Part shown: one piece after another, positions 38,117 through 49,458 of the stretch
Layout of the letters: each line of letters starts with the position of its first letter
How positions within the stretch are numbered: the stretch's first letter is position 1
Assembly (NCBI GenBank): GCA_017499595.2
Contig: CM039007.1
Span: 2,046,001-2,110,000 of the forward strand
Direction: 5' to 3'
Source: Psilocybe cubensis
Taxonomy: Eukaryota
Length of the DNA stretch: 64,000 bases
Position numbers and translations under genes: made by a program
Notes under the pieces: model-generated
Told to the model about the DNA's origin: nothing
Databases searched by the model: none
The model's input: the letters and a program-made list of their open reading frames with translations, nothing else

Positions 38117-40340
38117 CGTTGCATCGGACCAAGTGCCAACCTCTGCCTATTTGCCCTTGTTGACCGTCCACGCCGGACTCACCACTGCATAGCCACAGCT
38201 GCCCACTCACTCAATTATCCCCCGCACAGCCCCAACTTGCGTCAACTTAATTAATCCCGTCCATTCCACGTTATAAAAACCAGTCCTACCACTCAACCCT
38301 AGCCCCCATTCCCCAACAGCAACTGTAACTGCACTTCATAATACCCCTCCAAAACTCATCGACCCCAATCAATCAACCACCCGACGTCAATGATCGCTAC
38401 GATCAAGCGTTGGATCTGACATCATCACCCTGCAGTTAATCATTACGACCACCCCCTTCTCAGAACTAAGCCATACTGCCCAACTGCGCCCTGCCGATCC
38501 TACTCACGTCAATTCCCCACTAGCGAATTTGGCGTACGCAATCCTAGCTCGTCCTGGATGCCCGAGAATCTGGCGAGAGACCCTGTATTTATAAATTATA
38601 CATCGTCGATTCACGAACCACGCAGCTGCGACGTGAACAGCGGAAGAGTGGTCTCCGATTCCGAAGTTGCCGAGGTCGCCGGTCCTCCAACTGGATTGAA
38701 ATGTGTTCATGGGCATATGAAGCGCGTCTGTCAATCATCGATACTGAAAGTGGACTCGGGTTGCTGATAACAAGGATCTGGTCCCAAGCTTCCTGTTGAG
38801 GAGAACATCCGAACCCTACCTGAGGCTGAATATTTTCCAGTTAATTGTATCTGATCAACACAATCACGCTTTCACAATCGTTACTCGGCCAACCGACAAG
38901 AGAAGCTGCAGTTTGAACATCCACCCAACCAACAGAATTCAAAAACAAGAATCGAGGAGTGATAAAGTTGAACCAGCAACGACTTTTCTTTATCGACATC
39001 AGATATTACTCTTTTGCTTTGAACCCGAGTGAACTGTATAAGCTCACATGGCCGATATGACTAGAACAGAACAGCAAGTACTGCGCAGGGATTCCCAGAA
39101 CAGTAATTTCTCAGGGCGATATAAAGGGTAACTTTCGGACTCGGCTCCCGGCGCTCATATTCACTTCGCACTGGCAAACGGAGGACGACGGGGTCTGGTG
39201 ACACAGTACTTTGCATACTGCTAATGAGATAACAGAATTCTAATCTTATCTGAGCTCCTATCTATCGAGGAACAAGTGGTGGTGGTAGTGGGGATGTAAA
39301 CTGCCACTTCCCACAAGTTGTTAATAGTTTTTGTTACCAAGGTACTTCAGCAGACCTGGAAACCTTGTATAACCTCTGATAAGTCGTATTCTGACACACC
39401 TGCTTACAAAGAAGTCGACGTCAAGTTCGAAATTCGTCAATTCGGACGATGTCTTTTCCGTGGACCTCATCGGCGCCTATTTTTGATGAGGGTCCAGATC
39501 ACTCACCAATGTCCTCCACAGTCTCCGACTCTCCCTTCTTCACTCCTCCAAAAATTTGGGACTCAATACCAGTAAAACCTCAGCCACAAAACTCAGATGA
39601 TCAAGGGACGGGGTACACCCAGCGGATACATATCCGCATACAACTCCCAAAACATACTATCAAACAAAAAAGCAAGGAATCATTCGCAACATAAAAGGCC
39701 CCTTCAAGATCAAAGAAACTGTTCCTATAGAAATTATAACATCACACTGCGCTGACGCACAAGCTACTAATTAGGTATCGCAAGTTACTGAGGGCCGGCG
39801 GGTGCATTCTTCCTTCGGTGCTATAAATGGAACTGGAAACTGGAGGGCCGAACTGTGCAGTGGACTCTTGAACTCCGGCGTAGTTGATCCGCCGCCGGCG
39901 TTGAGCTGGGGTGGGATATTGATTAATTTATTTATATATATATAATACACAAGGGATTTGTAAGGTGGATGATGGGATTAGATTCTTTAGAGGCGGATGC
40001 ACGGTGTACCGAGAAACGCTACAGCATGTCCATTAAAATCGTAGTAAAAACCGCCCATCCCCGAGAAACGTGCGTGAAAAAAAGTGTAAATTCAACCTAC
40101 GGAAACATGTTCAAAAAAACATGTTTTTGCGTGCGTAATTAAATTAAGCGCCCGTCATGCATACCGTATCGGGCGTAAACAAAATGAACGTGGACAACAA
40201 CTCCTACCGTACAATAAAAGGTATCATATGTTATCAAATGACGTTTGGGGGGCGATACAACTTTATATCATCCAGCACGGTGCAGATCTTTTTCATTACG
40301 TGCACAAAGTGACGCCCAGAATCTAAGCTCTAAACTCTAA

Positions 40341-40366
40341 GCACGCACGCACGCACACGCACACGC
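40341..40366. repeat. (GCAC)n microsatellite
   Basis: gcacgcacgcacgcacacgcacacgc. Confidence 0.7.
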
Positions 40367-40649
40367 TTTCGTCTAACCGTCGGAATTTGCGGGTCAGAAG
40401 GTGCAGGGGGAGAGAGCAAAAAAAGGCATAACAGACAAGGTTTAGCGCGAACCCAAGCTACTGCGACGAGCAAGGGCTCAGGCTGATCTGATCGGCCGGC
40501 ATCACAGGTGCAAAACTTACTTACTTCCTAACTTACTAGGTAACCACCCACATACGTTTTGAACACACGGCCGACTCGGGAGTCACGACTTTGTCATCGG
40601 CGCCATGGCGGAAAGTTTCTTTGGCTCGACACCGGCTATTTTGGGGTTT

Positions 40650-40672
40650 CTGGATGGATGGGATGGATGGAT
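40650..40672. repeat. (TGGA)n microsatellite
   Basis: tggatggatgggatggatggat. Confidence 0.65.
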
Positions 40673-43600
40673 TAAGGCAAACGCATTGTTCTTCCTGGTG
40701 TTGAAAAGCTGATCAGAAGCTGGTTGAGCTTGCAGAACACTCGGGCTTGGGTGGGTATATCGGGCATTGTTACCCGACTACAAACGAATTGCCTGTATTG
40801 AGTGAAAACGAGGGTGTTCTTGTTCTCTGTAAACCCAGTGGTTAGGATGGTCTGAGCCCAATCAGCGAAGTTTTACTTCTAAAAAATGAGCTATGTACAG
40901 ATGATATGTTAACTTCGTGTTTTGCAAAGATAACTACAAGAATATGTCCACCTTACTACCCTTACCCTCTTTTTTCTATAGAAGGAAGCAAAAAGCCAGA
41001 TTTTAAAATTGGGGGGTCGCACGGTTGAAAATGTCCAATTTCATCTCGGTACTTAAGCAGCCAGAAACCGCCGGTACTAGCGACAGCCACAGACTGCTTT
41101 GCTGCCAACTGTAATTGCACCAATCGCCCGATTAGAAGCTAAAATGCAAGAGTCAGAGCGAAATTAATGACTGGAGTATCAGTCTAGTCAGCGAGGGGTG
41201 GATGAAGGAGGAAATCGGGTTCGATTATACAGGTCGCGAGCTGTCACTGCAGGCAGCAGGGGCAGGGGCAGCACCACAACCGTACCGAAAGGATGGTCAC
41301 GGTTTAGATTACCACTAAATCGGAAAGAACTGGACGAAAGCTTGCACGACACCAAAACCCAGGGTCAAAAAAATTACAGCTGATGGCCTTGATCGTATGA
41401 ACGGGAAGGCGCGAGGTTGGGTGGGTGGGGAGGTTAAATGGAATCAATTTTTAATTTCTAGTCGCCTCCAGCCATGGCCAGTTGACCATCGGCTCAGCCA
41501 CTGCAGGATCAGAGTGTGGAGATTAATGCAGCGCGCATACCTGAGGTCCATGATCCCGCTTCCTATGATCCAATCCATCAGCACCTGTGCCCCAGCGATA
41601 AGTTGTGGATCGCGCAACCATGAGCATGACGACTCTTTTTTGGAGGGGTCGCCTTGAGGCCAGGCTTCACCAGCCGACCTCTCCCGCAAACCTAATAATG
41701 GCCAAAAAGTGCCCAAAGATGATCGCATGCTGGGTGATAATCTCCCTGGGCCTCGGCGTAGTTATTCAGGGCGACCATCGATGACGGAGATGAACGAGCA
41801 ACGCATACCTCGCGTTGTATAAGGTGGGCCACAAGACGTTCAGACAAACTGCAGGAGAAGCTTCTTTACCCACACGCGCGATGCGATATCGGCCTGTATG
41901 TCATAGGCACTCGTACAGCGCACCTCTAGTAAAGGCTCGTAAAGAACGAAATTCGAACTAGACGCGGCCAACTCGGATGCCGACGTGATATTTGTGCCAA
42001 GAATATATCGAACCCGTTCTTCGTTGGGAATTTCCAGAAAACGAGTTCGCCCATGCTACGTGTCTTGTGAACGGTGGATCGATGGTGCACCTAGATTTGT
42101 AATTGGAGAACACACAGACGACCTGGATTTGTTAAAAATAATATGAGGAACTTAGGAAAGGAGATTATCATAGATTTCTTCGGAAAGCATTCCGAGGACC
42201 GTCGTGCATATATGCAGAGTTTCAATGGTGTACGAGGTTGGAAGATGAAAGCACAGCAGTGAGGAGCAGAAGACGTGTCCTTGGGATATGACCTTACTCA
42301 TCTCGTAGATCAGCATGATTGGGAATGCTCCATAAGGCTTGGCTCCAGCCTGAGTCTAATAACCCAAAGCAAATGATAACATTGCCTGCCAGTCGATGAC
42401 CATGTTAAGGAATACGAAAGAAAGATATCTCCCAGTCGCTGGACTTTTCTCGTACACCGTCGGGAATCTTCTGTCTTGGCGTGCAAGGCTTGAAAAAATC
42501 GAACCAGACTTGGCTTCCAATTTCTACAACAGAATGTCCGTCTCTCTGATATACGTTTGAATTTCTTTTAAAAGACAGGCGCTTTCGAATAGGAATCGTA
42601 ACATCGCAGCACCAGACCTTTCTCCAATAGGTTATATCATGAAGCGGAAATGATTGTGAGCAGAAACGGAGGGTGGGTACGATCCCCAATGTATGAATAG
42701 CAAAATGATTTGTTTGCTTACTGGAAAGTTTCTACTGACCGCGCCTATCTACTCTCCCGTGTCCGTCGGGTTATTCTGCGCTGGCGGCGATGTTTCCATA
42801 ACGTATGTGCATCGAATATATCGAAATGCTTATGAGGCGCGCAGGCAGGTCATAGTTTTGCAATCGATGTAAAACCAGATATAACGATGATGAGGAGAGA
42901 CGTCGACGTGCTGAATATAGATTTCTGATGGACGGCATTTAATGATTGAACGAACTGTATCTGAGCATTCAAGAAGCATACGTACAAAATGAAGTTCTAG
43001 GTAATCAGTCCTCTTCTTGAAGGCAAGGCATGTTCGGCATGATGCATCGATTCGACGGAAAAAAGACCTTGTTTGTCGTGGACATGCGGTGATCAAATCC
43101 CACTACAAACGTCAATAGTAACAACTTACTTGACTCCCGACCGGCGAGGGATCCTGCAATCTTGGAGAGGAATCTTTGCCAGCGTTTGGTCATGGTCATA
43201 TCTGTGACTGGGCAAATGAAGGGGAAGTTGGCTTGAAGGGGAGACCGAAGACATCGAAGAGAGTGTCGCTTTTGTTTCAAGATTACGGTGACCGTGATAT
43301 ATTTTTGTCTTTTCCAGTGTACGAGGCGGCGATCTCACGTCTGCAGGACGGACTTGAATCTTGATAGCGCTCGGAAGGCGTATGGGTGACCAAAACGCCG
43401 CGAGAGCTGCGTTATGGCATGCCGCCGCATATCCCTGACGACGATGGAGGCGGCGAGCGAGACACCAATGACAAGAGTTGAAGACGAGCAGGAGGCGAAA
43501 ATGAGACTGCTGCGGTAGCGCATGTATCCTTGTTTGAAGGTCGAGCGTAAAGTGGTGGGACACGAGGGGCTCGCGGGCTTTGAAAAGCGCGTACTAGCTG

Positions 43601-44251
43601 CTCTGCTCGCTGATGTCGCCACGGATGTCATACGAATAGCTGAAACCCATCCGCTGCAATGACTTTGGCGTCATTGGATACCGCTGTCTGGCCCTGATGA
43701 CCCTATCATTACTCGAATACTCCCTCCGGGTCTCCTGTAATGTCCGCCCAGTCCTTGTCACTGCTGTATCAATCGCTGGCCAGTTCCCCGTTCCTCCTTC
43801 AAGAAAATAGAAGCCCTCCTTGGCGTCTCCCCATGATTTCCGCCACTACACCACGAGTATTTCTGCTGTCTGCGCCATGAAGGATTGCACGGATTGAGTT
43901 GTCCTCGGATTCAACAAATTCATCCTACACCACCTTTAACACCTTGGCTTACCGCGAATCTGGCGAGAACGGCTCAAATAATCTTTCTCCGTTACTTTAT
44001 TTTCGTCCCGGAATGCCACTACTAGAATACGTTACGACAGCAGTTCATATCCGTTAGTATGTTGGGTCGTGGTCTCCTCGCCGTTATTGACTCCGAAGCA
44101 ATAGTGCAGGGAATGGATGCGATATATAATCCAGAAGCTTAGTATGCGATTCCCCAAGATTATCAGAAAGCTCGCCAGTCCTCGTCCTTGTTCTCATCCT
44201 CGTCCCCGTCTTCCTATCTTCACCCTCACCCGCATCTGTAAAAAAACCATC

Positions 44252-44749
44252 ATGTCATCTTCTACATGTCCATCCTGCCTGCACGTCGGCGATTACGACC
44301 ATATTTTCATACGCTGTGGATGCCCCAACGATTACCCAGACACACATCCAATGCATATCAATGACGACGCGTTCCACCATGTTTGGTGTAATCTGTGCCT
44401 CAAATACTGTTACAAGAAGCCCGCATGTCCGTTCTCACTTCCGTCGACACATGTAGTGCGCCCAGCCAAGCAGCGTCTTCGAGACACGTATGTCCATCCC
44501 TTCGCAGTGAGATCCACAGTCTTTTCGCTTGCACATCGTAAGCAGCAGGCTTATCTGTATTAATCTCACTCACAGACATATAGGGTTCTTCTGTACGGTC
44601 AAGGCATGGATCCGCAAACGTGTCTCAATCCAATTTCAGACTCGCAAAAAGAAGTACTAGAAGATGGTTATTTGGATGCATGGGGAGAAATCACTCTGGT
44701 GGTGGCACAGGAGGAAGAGAAAGAGGACGCAGAGAGCGAGGATCTATGA
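44252..44749 (+). CDS. Small Cys/His-rich protein (133 aa), 2 exons, acidic C-terminus
   Basis: Exon 44252-44487 plus intron gtatgt...atatag (44488-44583) plus exon 44584-44749 gives an uninterrupted frame: MSSSTCPSCLH...CGCP...HHVWCNLCLKYCYKKPACP...RDT|VLLYGQGMDP...EEEKEDAESEDL*. Confidence 0.55.
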
Positions 44750-45005
44750 TTATGGGCATCAGTGTACTATCCATGCGTAATGTTGTATAATTTTTCTCTA
44801 TCGTATAATCAGCTCTGACCAGCCAATGTTATCTGTACTCACAACGTATTTAATCAAACGTCTTGACCATATTCTTGCCTGCTTGCACGTCTTTCATTAA
44901 TATGTCATCGGGAAATGCCCTGACCGGCATAATGCTTGAACGAACAGGTATACAAGTACAATCATATTCCAAAATTACAGTAAAAGAACCATACAGATGT
45001 TAATA

Positions 45006-46989
45006 TCACAGTTTGGCGTGAAGAAGAACATATGGCGATGCAGTCTTCGACTTGACTTTGTCGACATCGGCCATAGTGATCGGACGACACTCGTGAGCAT
45101 GGTTATATCCCAGTCTGACATGCCTCAGCAAAATTTGGATATTGAAAAGCCTATGTTGCTCACCTCGTTCTTCCGTCTTTACCACCAGGCTTGAAGAATT
45201 CGGGCCGGCGAAGTAAAGATACGACGACAGCCCCTCCTAACCCAACGTTATGGACAAGCCCATATTTTCCGCGTTTGTCCGGAACGTTGAAAAGCCCCGG
45301 AGCTTGCATAGGTCCCGCCCCTGGAGAAGATCGTAAATATAGATAATTTTGGTGATAGAAGGTCGCGCTTACATTCTCGTAGTTGCACTAGCGAATAAGG
45401 GGGATTTTAGACATCGAGAACTATTTAAGCGTGTAATGACGTACTCATGATATAGAAATGCATCCCGAGGCCAGTGGCTCCCAGAGGATGACCCTTGGCC
45501 TCAAGACCACCGCTGGGGTTGACAACATATTTCCCTCCATACTGGATAGACAAAGGGCTTAGACAAGGACGTCGTCATAGAAAATTAGATGAGCGCACAG
45601 TGTTATCACCACGTTCAACCATCTTGTGCGCCTCTCCGGGAGCACACAGCCCCAGGGCTTGGTATGTGATGAGCTTATGGCGTCTCATCAGCGATGAAGT
45701 TACTTCTAAAGAGCTTATGACGCACCTCGTTAGCTGCGAAGCAGTCGTGCAGCTCAACGACTCCGACTTGATCCCTGCCCTGCCCCTCCGCGAATCCTGC
45801 TTCTTTGAACACCTTATCCGCACAAATTTTGGACATCTCGTAACCGACTACGTCCATAGCACTGCGTCCCTCGAAGGTGCTGTGCCCATCAGTAGTGAGA
45901 GCTTGAGCGACAATCTCAATAGCCTGGTTTTCGAGGCCATGTGCGTGCACGAAATCTTCAGAAGCTACGATGCAGCAGGCTGCACCGTCCTAAAGATGTC
46001 CATTTGATTAATGAACTGGACTGAGACGTAAAGAAAGATAACGACAACTGACTGATGTGGGACTGCACATGAACTTTGTCAAGTTTCTGGTAATCTTTGG
46101 TGCGGCAAGGACCTTCTCGACGCTCCAACCATCTCTGAATTGGGAGTAAGGATTGTTCAAAGAGTGCTTGTGGTTCTTGGATGCTATTTCCGAATAGATT
46201 GATTAACCACAGGAAAGCATGCTGTAGAGGACCTGACACCTACCGATTTTCGCCAGATGCTCGACACCACCTCCATATTTGTCGAAATACTCTTGGGCGC
46301 CGTTGTCAAACATGCGAGGAGCACCAGGCCCGTGATTCTCGCCCAGCTCGGCTTCGAGATCGAAAGAACGCTGGTTGAATAACTGCATGGGACTTGGCCG
46401 ATCAGGGAAGTTGGTTCCCAGACTGCCAGGTTTCATTCGCTCAAACCCAAGCGCCATCGAACACTCAACTTCGCCGTATTTCACGGCGTTGTTTGCCTGA
46501 TAAAGTGCAGAGGAACCGGTTGAGCAATTGTTATTTACATTAATGATCGGGATATTGGTGAGGCCAAGGTTGTAGAGGGCGCGCTAAGAAAGGGAAAGCG
46601 CTCAGGGGTCTGCGCGGGGGAGTTCGAATTAAGCGAATACCTGTCCACTGGTCGAGTCGCCGTAGCAGTAACCTACGAAGGCATTCTGGATCGTGTCGTA
46701 GTTTATACCTACAGTTAATCGTTATGGAAGAAGCTTGAAGCGTCCGAGCAATCAAACGTACCAGCATCGAGTAGGGCTTTCGTTGCAGCCTCAAGCCCCA
46801 TCTAGACATGTGCTTAGGGGAGCGAGGCGAAACAAGTTGACAATATTACATACGTCTTCTGTGCTCCTCGTTGCCCGTGGCTTGAAGAGAATTCAGCCTG
46901 CGAGCGACGGAAACCTGGCCAGTTGAAAAGCGTACCTTAATGAATGCCGTGCATCCTCCCCCAATAAGAAAGGTCCTACGTCCAGGCAT
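45006..46989 (-). CDS. SCPx/SCP2-type thiolase (peroxisomal), many exons
   Basis: [49 protein letters not shown] (catalytic Cys); [48 protein letters not shown]-terminal PTS1 -AKL*. Confidence 0.9.
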
Positions 46990-47452
46990 AGCAAAGATTT
47001 TTTAGAGGCTCACAGGCAAAAATAAGTGGAGAATGCGGGGTAAATGAATTGCTGGGCGAATGCATGCTTATAAGGCTCTCAAGAGCGTTTACGGCAGTTG
47101 CTGATTGAAGGATAGCCGGAACTCGGCTTTTCATATGCCTGTGAGTCTCACCACCTGACTTGCCCGATGTTGTTCTTGCATTGACCATATTTTGAATGTT
47201 TAGTACGATTCACACCTAAAAGGCCAAGTAACAGCATAGTCAGGAACCTCGTGAACCCTCGTGAACCTTTCTCTCCTTATTTTCAAATAGTAGAATAGCA
47301 TGTAAAGTAAACAGAAATGCACTCGTCGACGAGACGGCGATGAAGAATGTAAGTGGCAGGCCGAGGTGTAGGCCGAGTGCTATTCATGACATCCGTCTTA
47401 AAGTGGAGAAAAAGTGATAAAGAAGGATATGGCCTCCGCTGTGTCATCGTCA

Positions 47453-49100
47453 TTATGTCTTCTTCCTTAGCCTAGGTTTGGGGAACTCTACGGGAGCAGT
47501 GAGAACTGCTCTTTTTTCGTCTGCAGAGCTGTCAGACAGGCCGAGTTTCGCGCGTTCTCTATCTCCCAATTTCACAATCTTGCATCCTGAATGTATGAAC
47601 CAAAGATGAGAAAATCAAGCATAGAGCTAATTTTCGGAAGTAAAACTGACCGAGAGATTTGAAGAGTTGATTGACCTCCGTCACAGTCATGCTTAAGTCG
47701 TGGGCGATGACTGTCGTGTTGCTGGCGAAATCGTCTACTTTGAGGCAAAGGGCGAAAGTATATGTCAACAAGGTTGTTTTTGTGGCACTAGTTGAGTGAT
47801 AGCTGGAAGGATCTGGAGTTTAATGTTTCCAATTCATCGGTAAGAAAATCAAACGGTATCACCTTGTAGAACCTCTAGCCTGTTCGGTGAAGCGGGATAG
47901 AAGACCGTCAACAACAATCCCCGGCACAGCACTGAGGCGTTCATAGAGCTTCTCTTTGTCGATTGTCTTTTGGAATGTAGTTTGTCGGAAGGCCAGCATT
48001 GCGGATATATACAAAAGAATTTTGCTGTGATATAACCCATTAGTATTTAGTCCAAAGCTAAAAAGACAGTTCATACAGCTTCTTTTTCTGGGCTTTGCCT
48101 GTGGACTCAGTCAAAACTCTGAGATGATGATTAACCCATTGCGATCTCCTGTATGGAAGCATTGCGAGTCTCTCTGGATAGTTCCCTGCGGCCTCCAAAG
48201 AGGTAATCGAAAGGGCCTTCCACTCAGCCTCTGGGATAATGTCATGAAGAGCATAGATATCGGAGGGATCTGCAGCTGTCATCGAGAATGGAGGAATCAG
48301 CCTGTTCTTGTCAGCAAATTCTTTCGATTCCTCTATAATTTAGATAGTCAATAATGTTACTTTTTTCTGGATTATAGAAGGAGCAAACCTGCGGTCATCA
48401 ATCCTTCAGCTCCCTTTTCGATACTATCCATCACATATCCCATGACACCTTCCATCGCGCTAACATCGATACGGTTGCGTTCATTGGCCCTAATAGCGGC
48501 CTTTTGCTTTTTAGTTCCAAAGGTTTCTCCAAGGGTAGTCTTGGCCTCAAGGTACGCAGTCTTGGATGGAGCTGCGGAAGGTTCGATGGATTTCAAAGCC
48601 TTGACGGTGTGAGATAAGATGTGTGGTGTTTTGGGGGTAGGAAGGATGGAGACCGTCCCTGTTTTTGTATTGTGCACTGCAAGCAGATATCTAATCAAAC
48701 CAACCACGTCATTAGGTGTATAGATTTTCGGAAGGGTTTGACAACATACCGGCACCCTGATTCAGAGGCCCTGCGCGATTCGTCTTCATTGGTAGCAAAC
48801 TCGACGGTATCTGTCTCTCCTGCAACTATAAACTCTTCCTCATCCTCTCCGCCCCGTTTTGACTTCTTCCGCGAATAACATTGGAATGGGGTAGCCGGAG
48901 GAGCTTGAAGAGCGGGATAGCTAACTAAGAGGGAGGAAAACGATTTAATAAATCGCTCAAAAATCAGAGGGTTGAAAAATAATGCTTTGCGTACCAAGAA
49001 TCGGCCCAACCTTTGCAGGTGCCGGCTTTGATAATTCGAAATGCGCTTCGGGATTTGAGTCGCGTTTCCTTTTCTTCGAGATAGCTTTTGCGACGGACAT
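47453..49100 (-). CDS. RPA49: RNA polymerase I subunit A49/PAF53-like
   Basis: IVAGETDTVEF; LGETFGTKKQKAAIRANERNRID; IPPF...AADPSDIYALHDIIPEAEW; LLTYTFALCLKVDDF...IAHDLSM...FKSLG|CKI; ends AVLTAPVEFPKPRLRKKT*. Confidence 0.88.
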
Positions 49101-49458
49101 GGTGAACTGGAATTAGTCAAGAGCGAATTTTAGGTATGAGTTGTTGAGGCTATTTGGCGAGACATGAAAGTTAAAAGACAACCGGGTTTGGCTTAATTTT
49201 CATCGCGGCTTTATTTGTAACATTGTTCCACTACATGCCTGAGTTGTTCTACTAGGACGGAAATCCATCATCCTCCCTACCTGTATAATCCACAGAGTAG
49301 GTGAGTGCTAACTTATCATAGATACTCCCACTGGCTACTGGCTGTCTTTTTGCATTGGAAGTTCCGACTTTCCTGCTCATTACTGGTAAATCTACCCCAG
49401 CAGACCACTCCGGCAGGACATAAATCAGGCAGTACACCAGTCATCCTATATTCATACG

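Noticed and set aside
42300-43631. Possible multi-exon - strand gene
   Set aside because: Splice-like sites are present but no consistent reading frame or domain could be assembled by eye.
47243-47366. Short tandem gaacc(c)tcgt duplication and a CCGAGG (FarA-type) site upstream of the thiolase
   Set aside because: Single short motifs are expected by chance, and FarA-type regulation is established mainly in ascomycetes.
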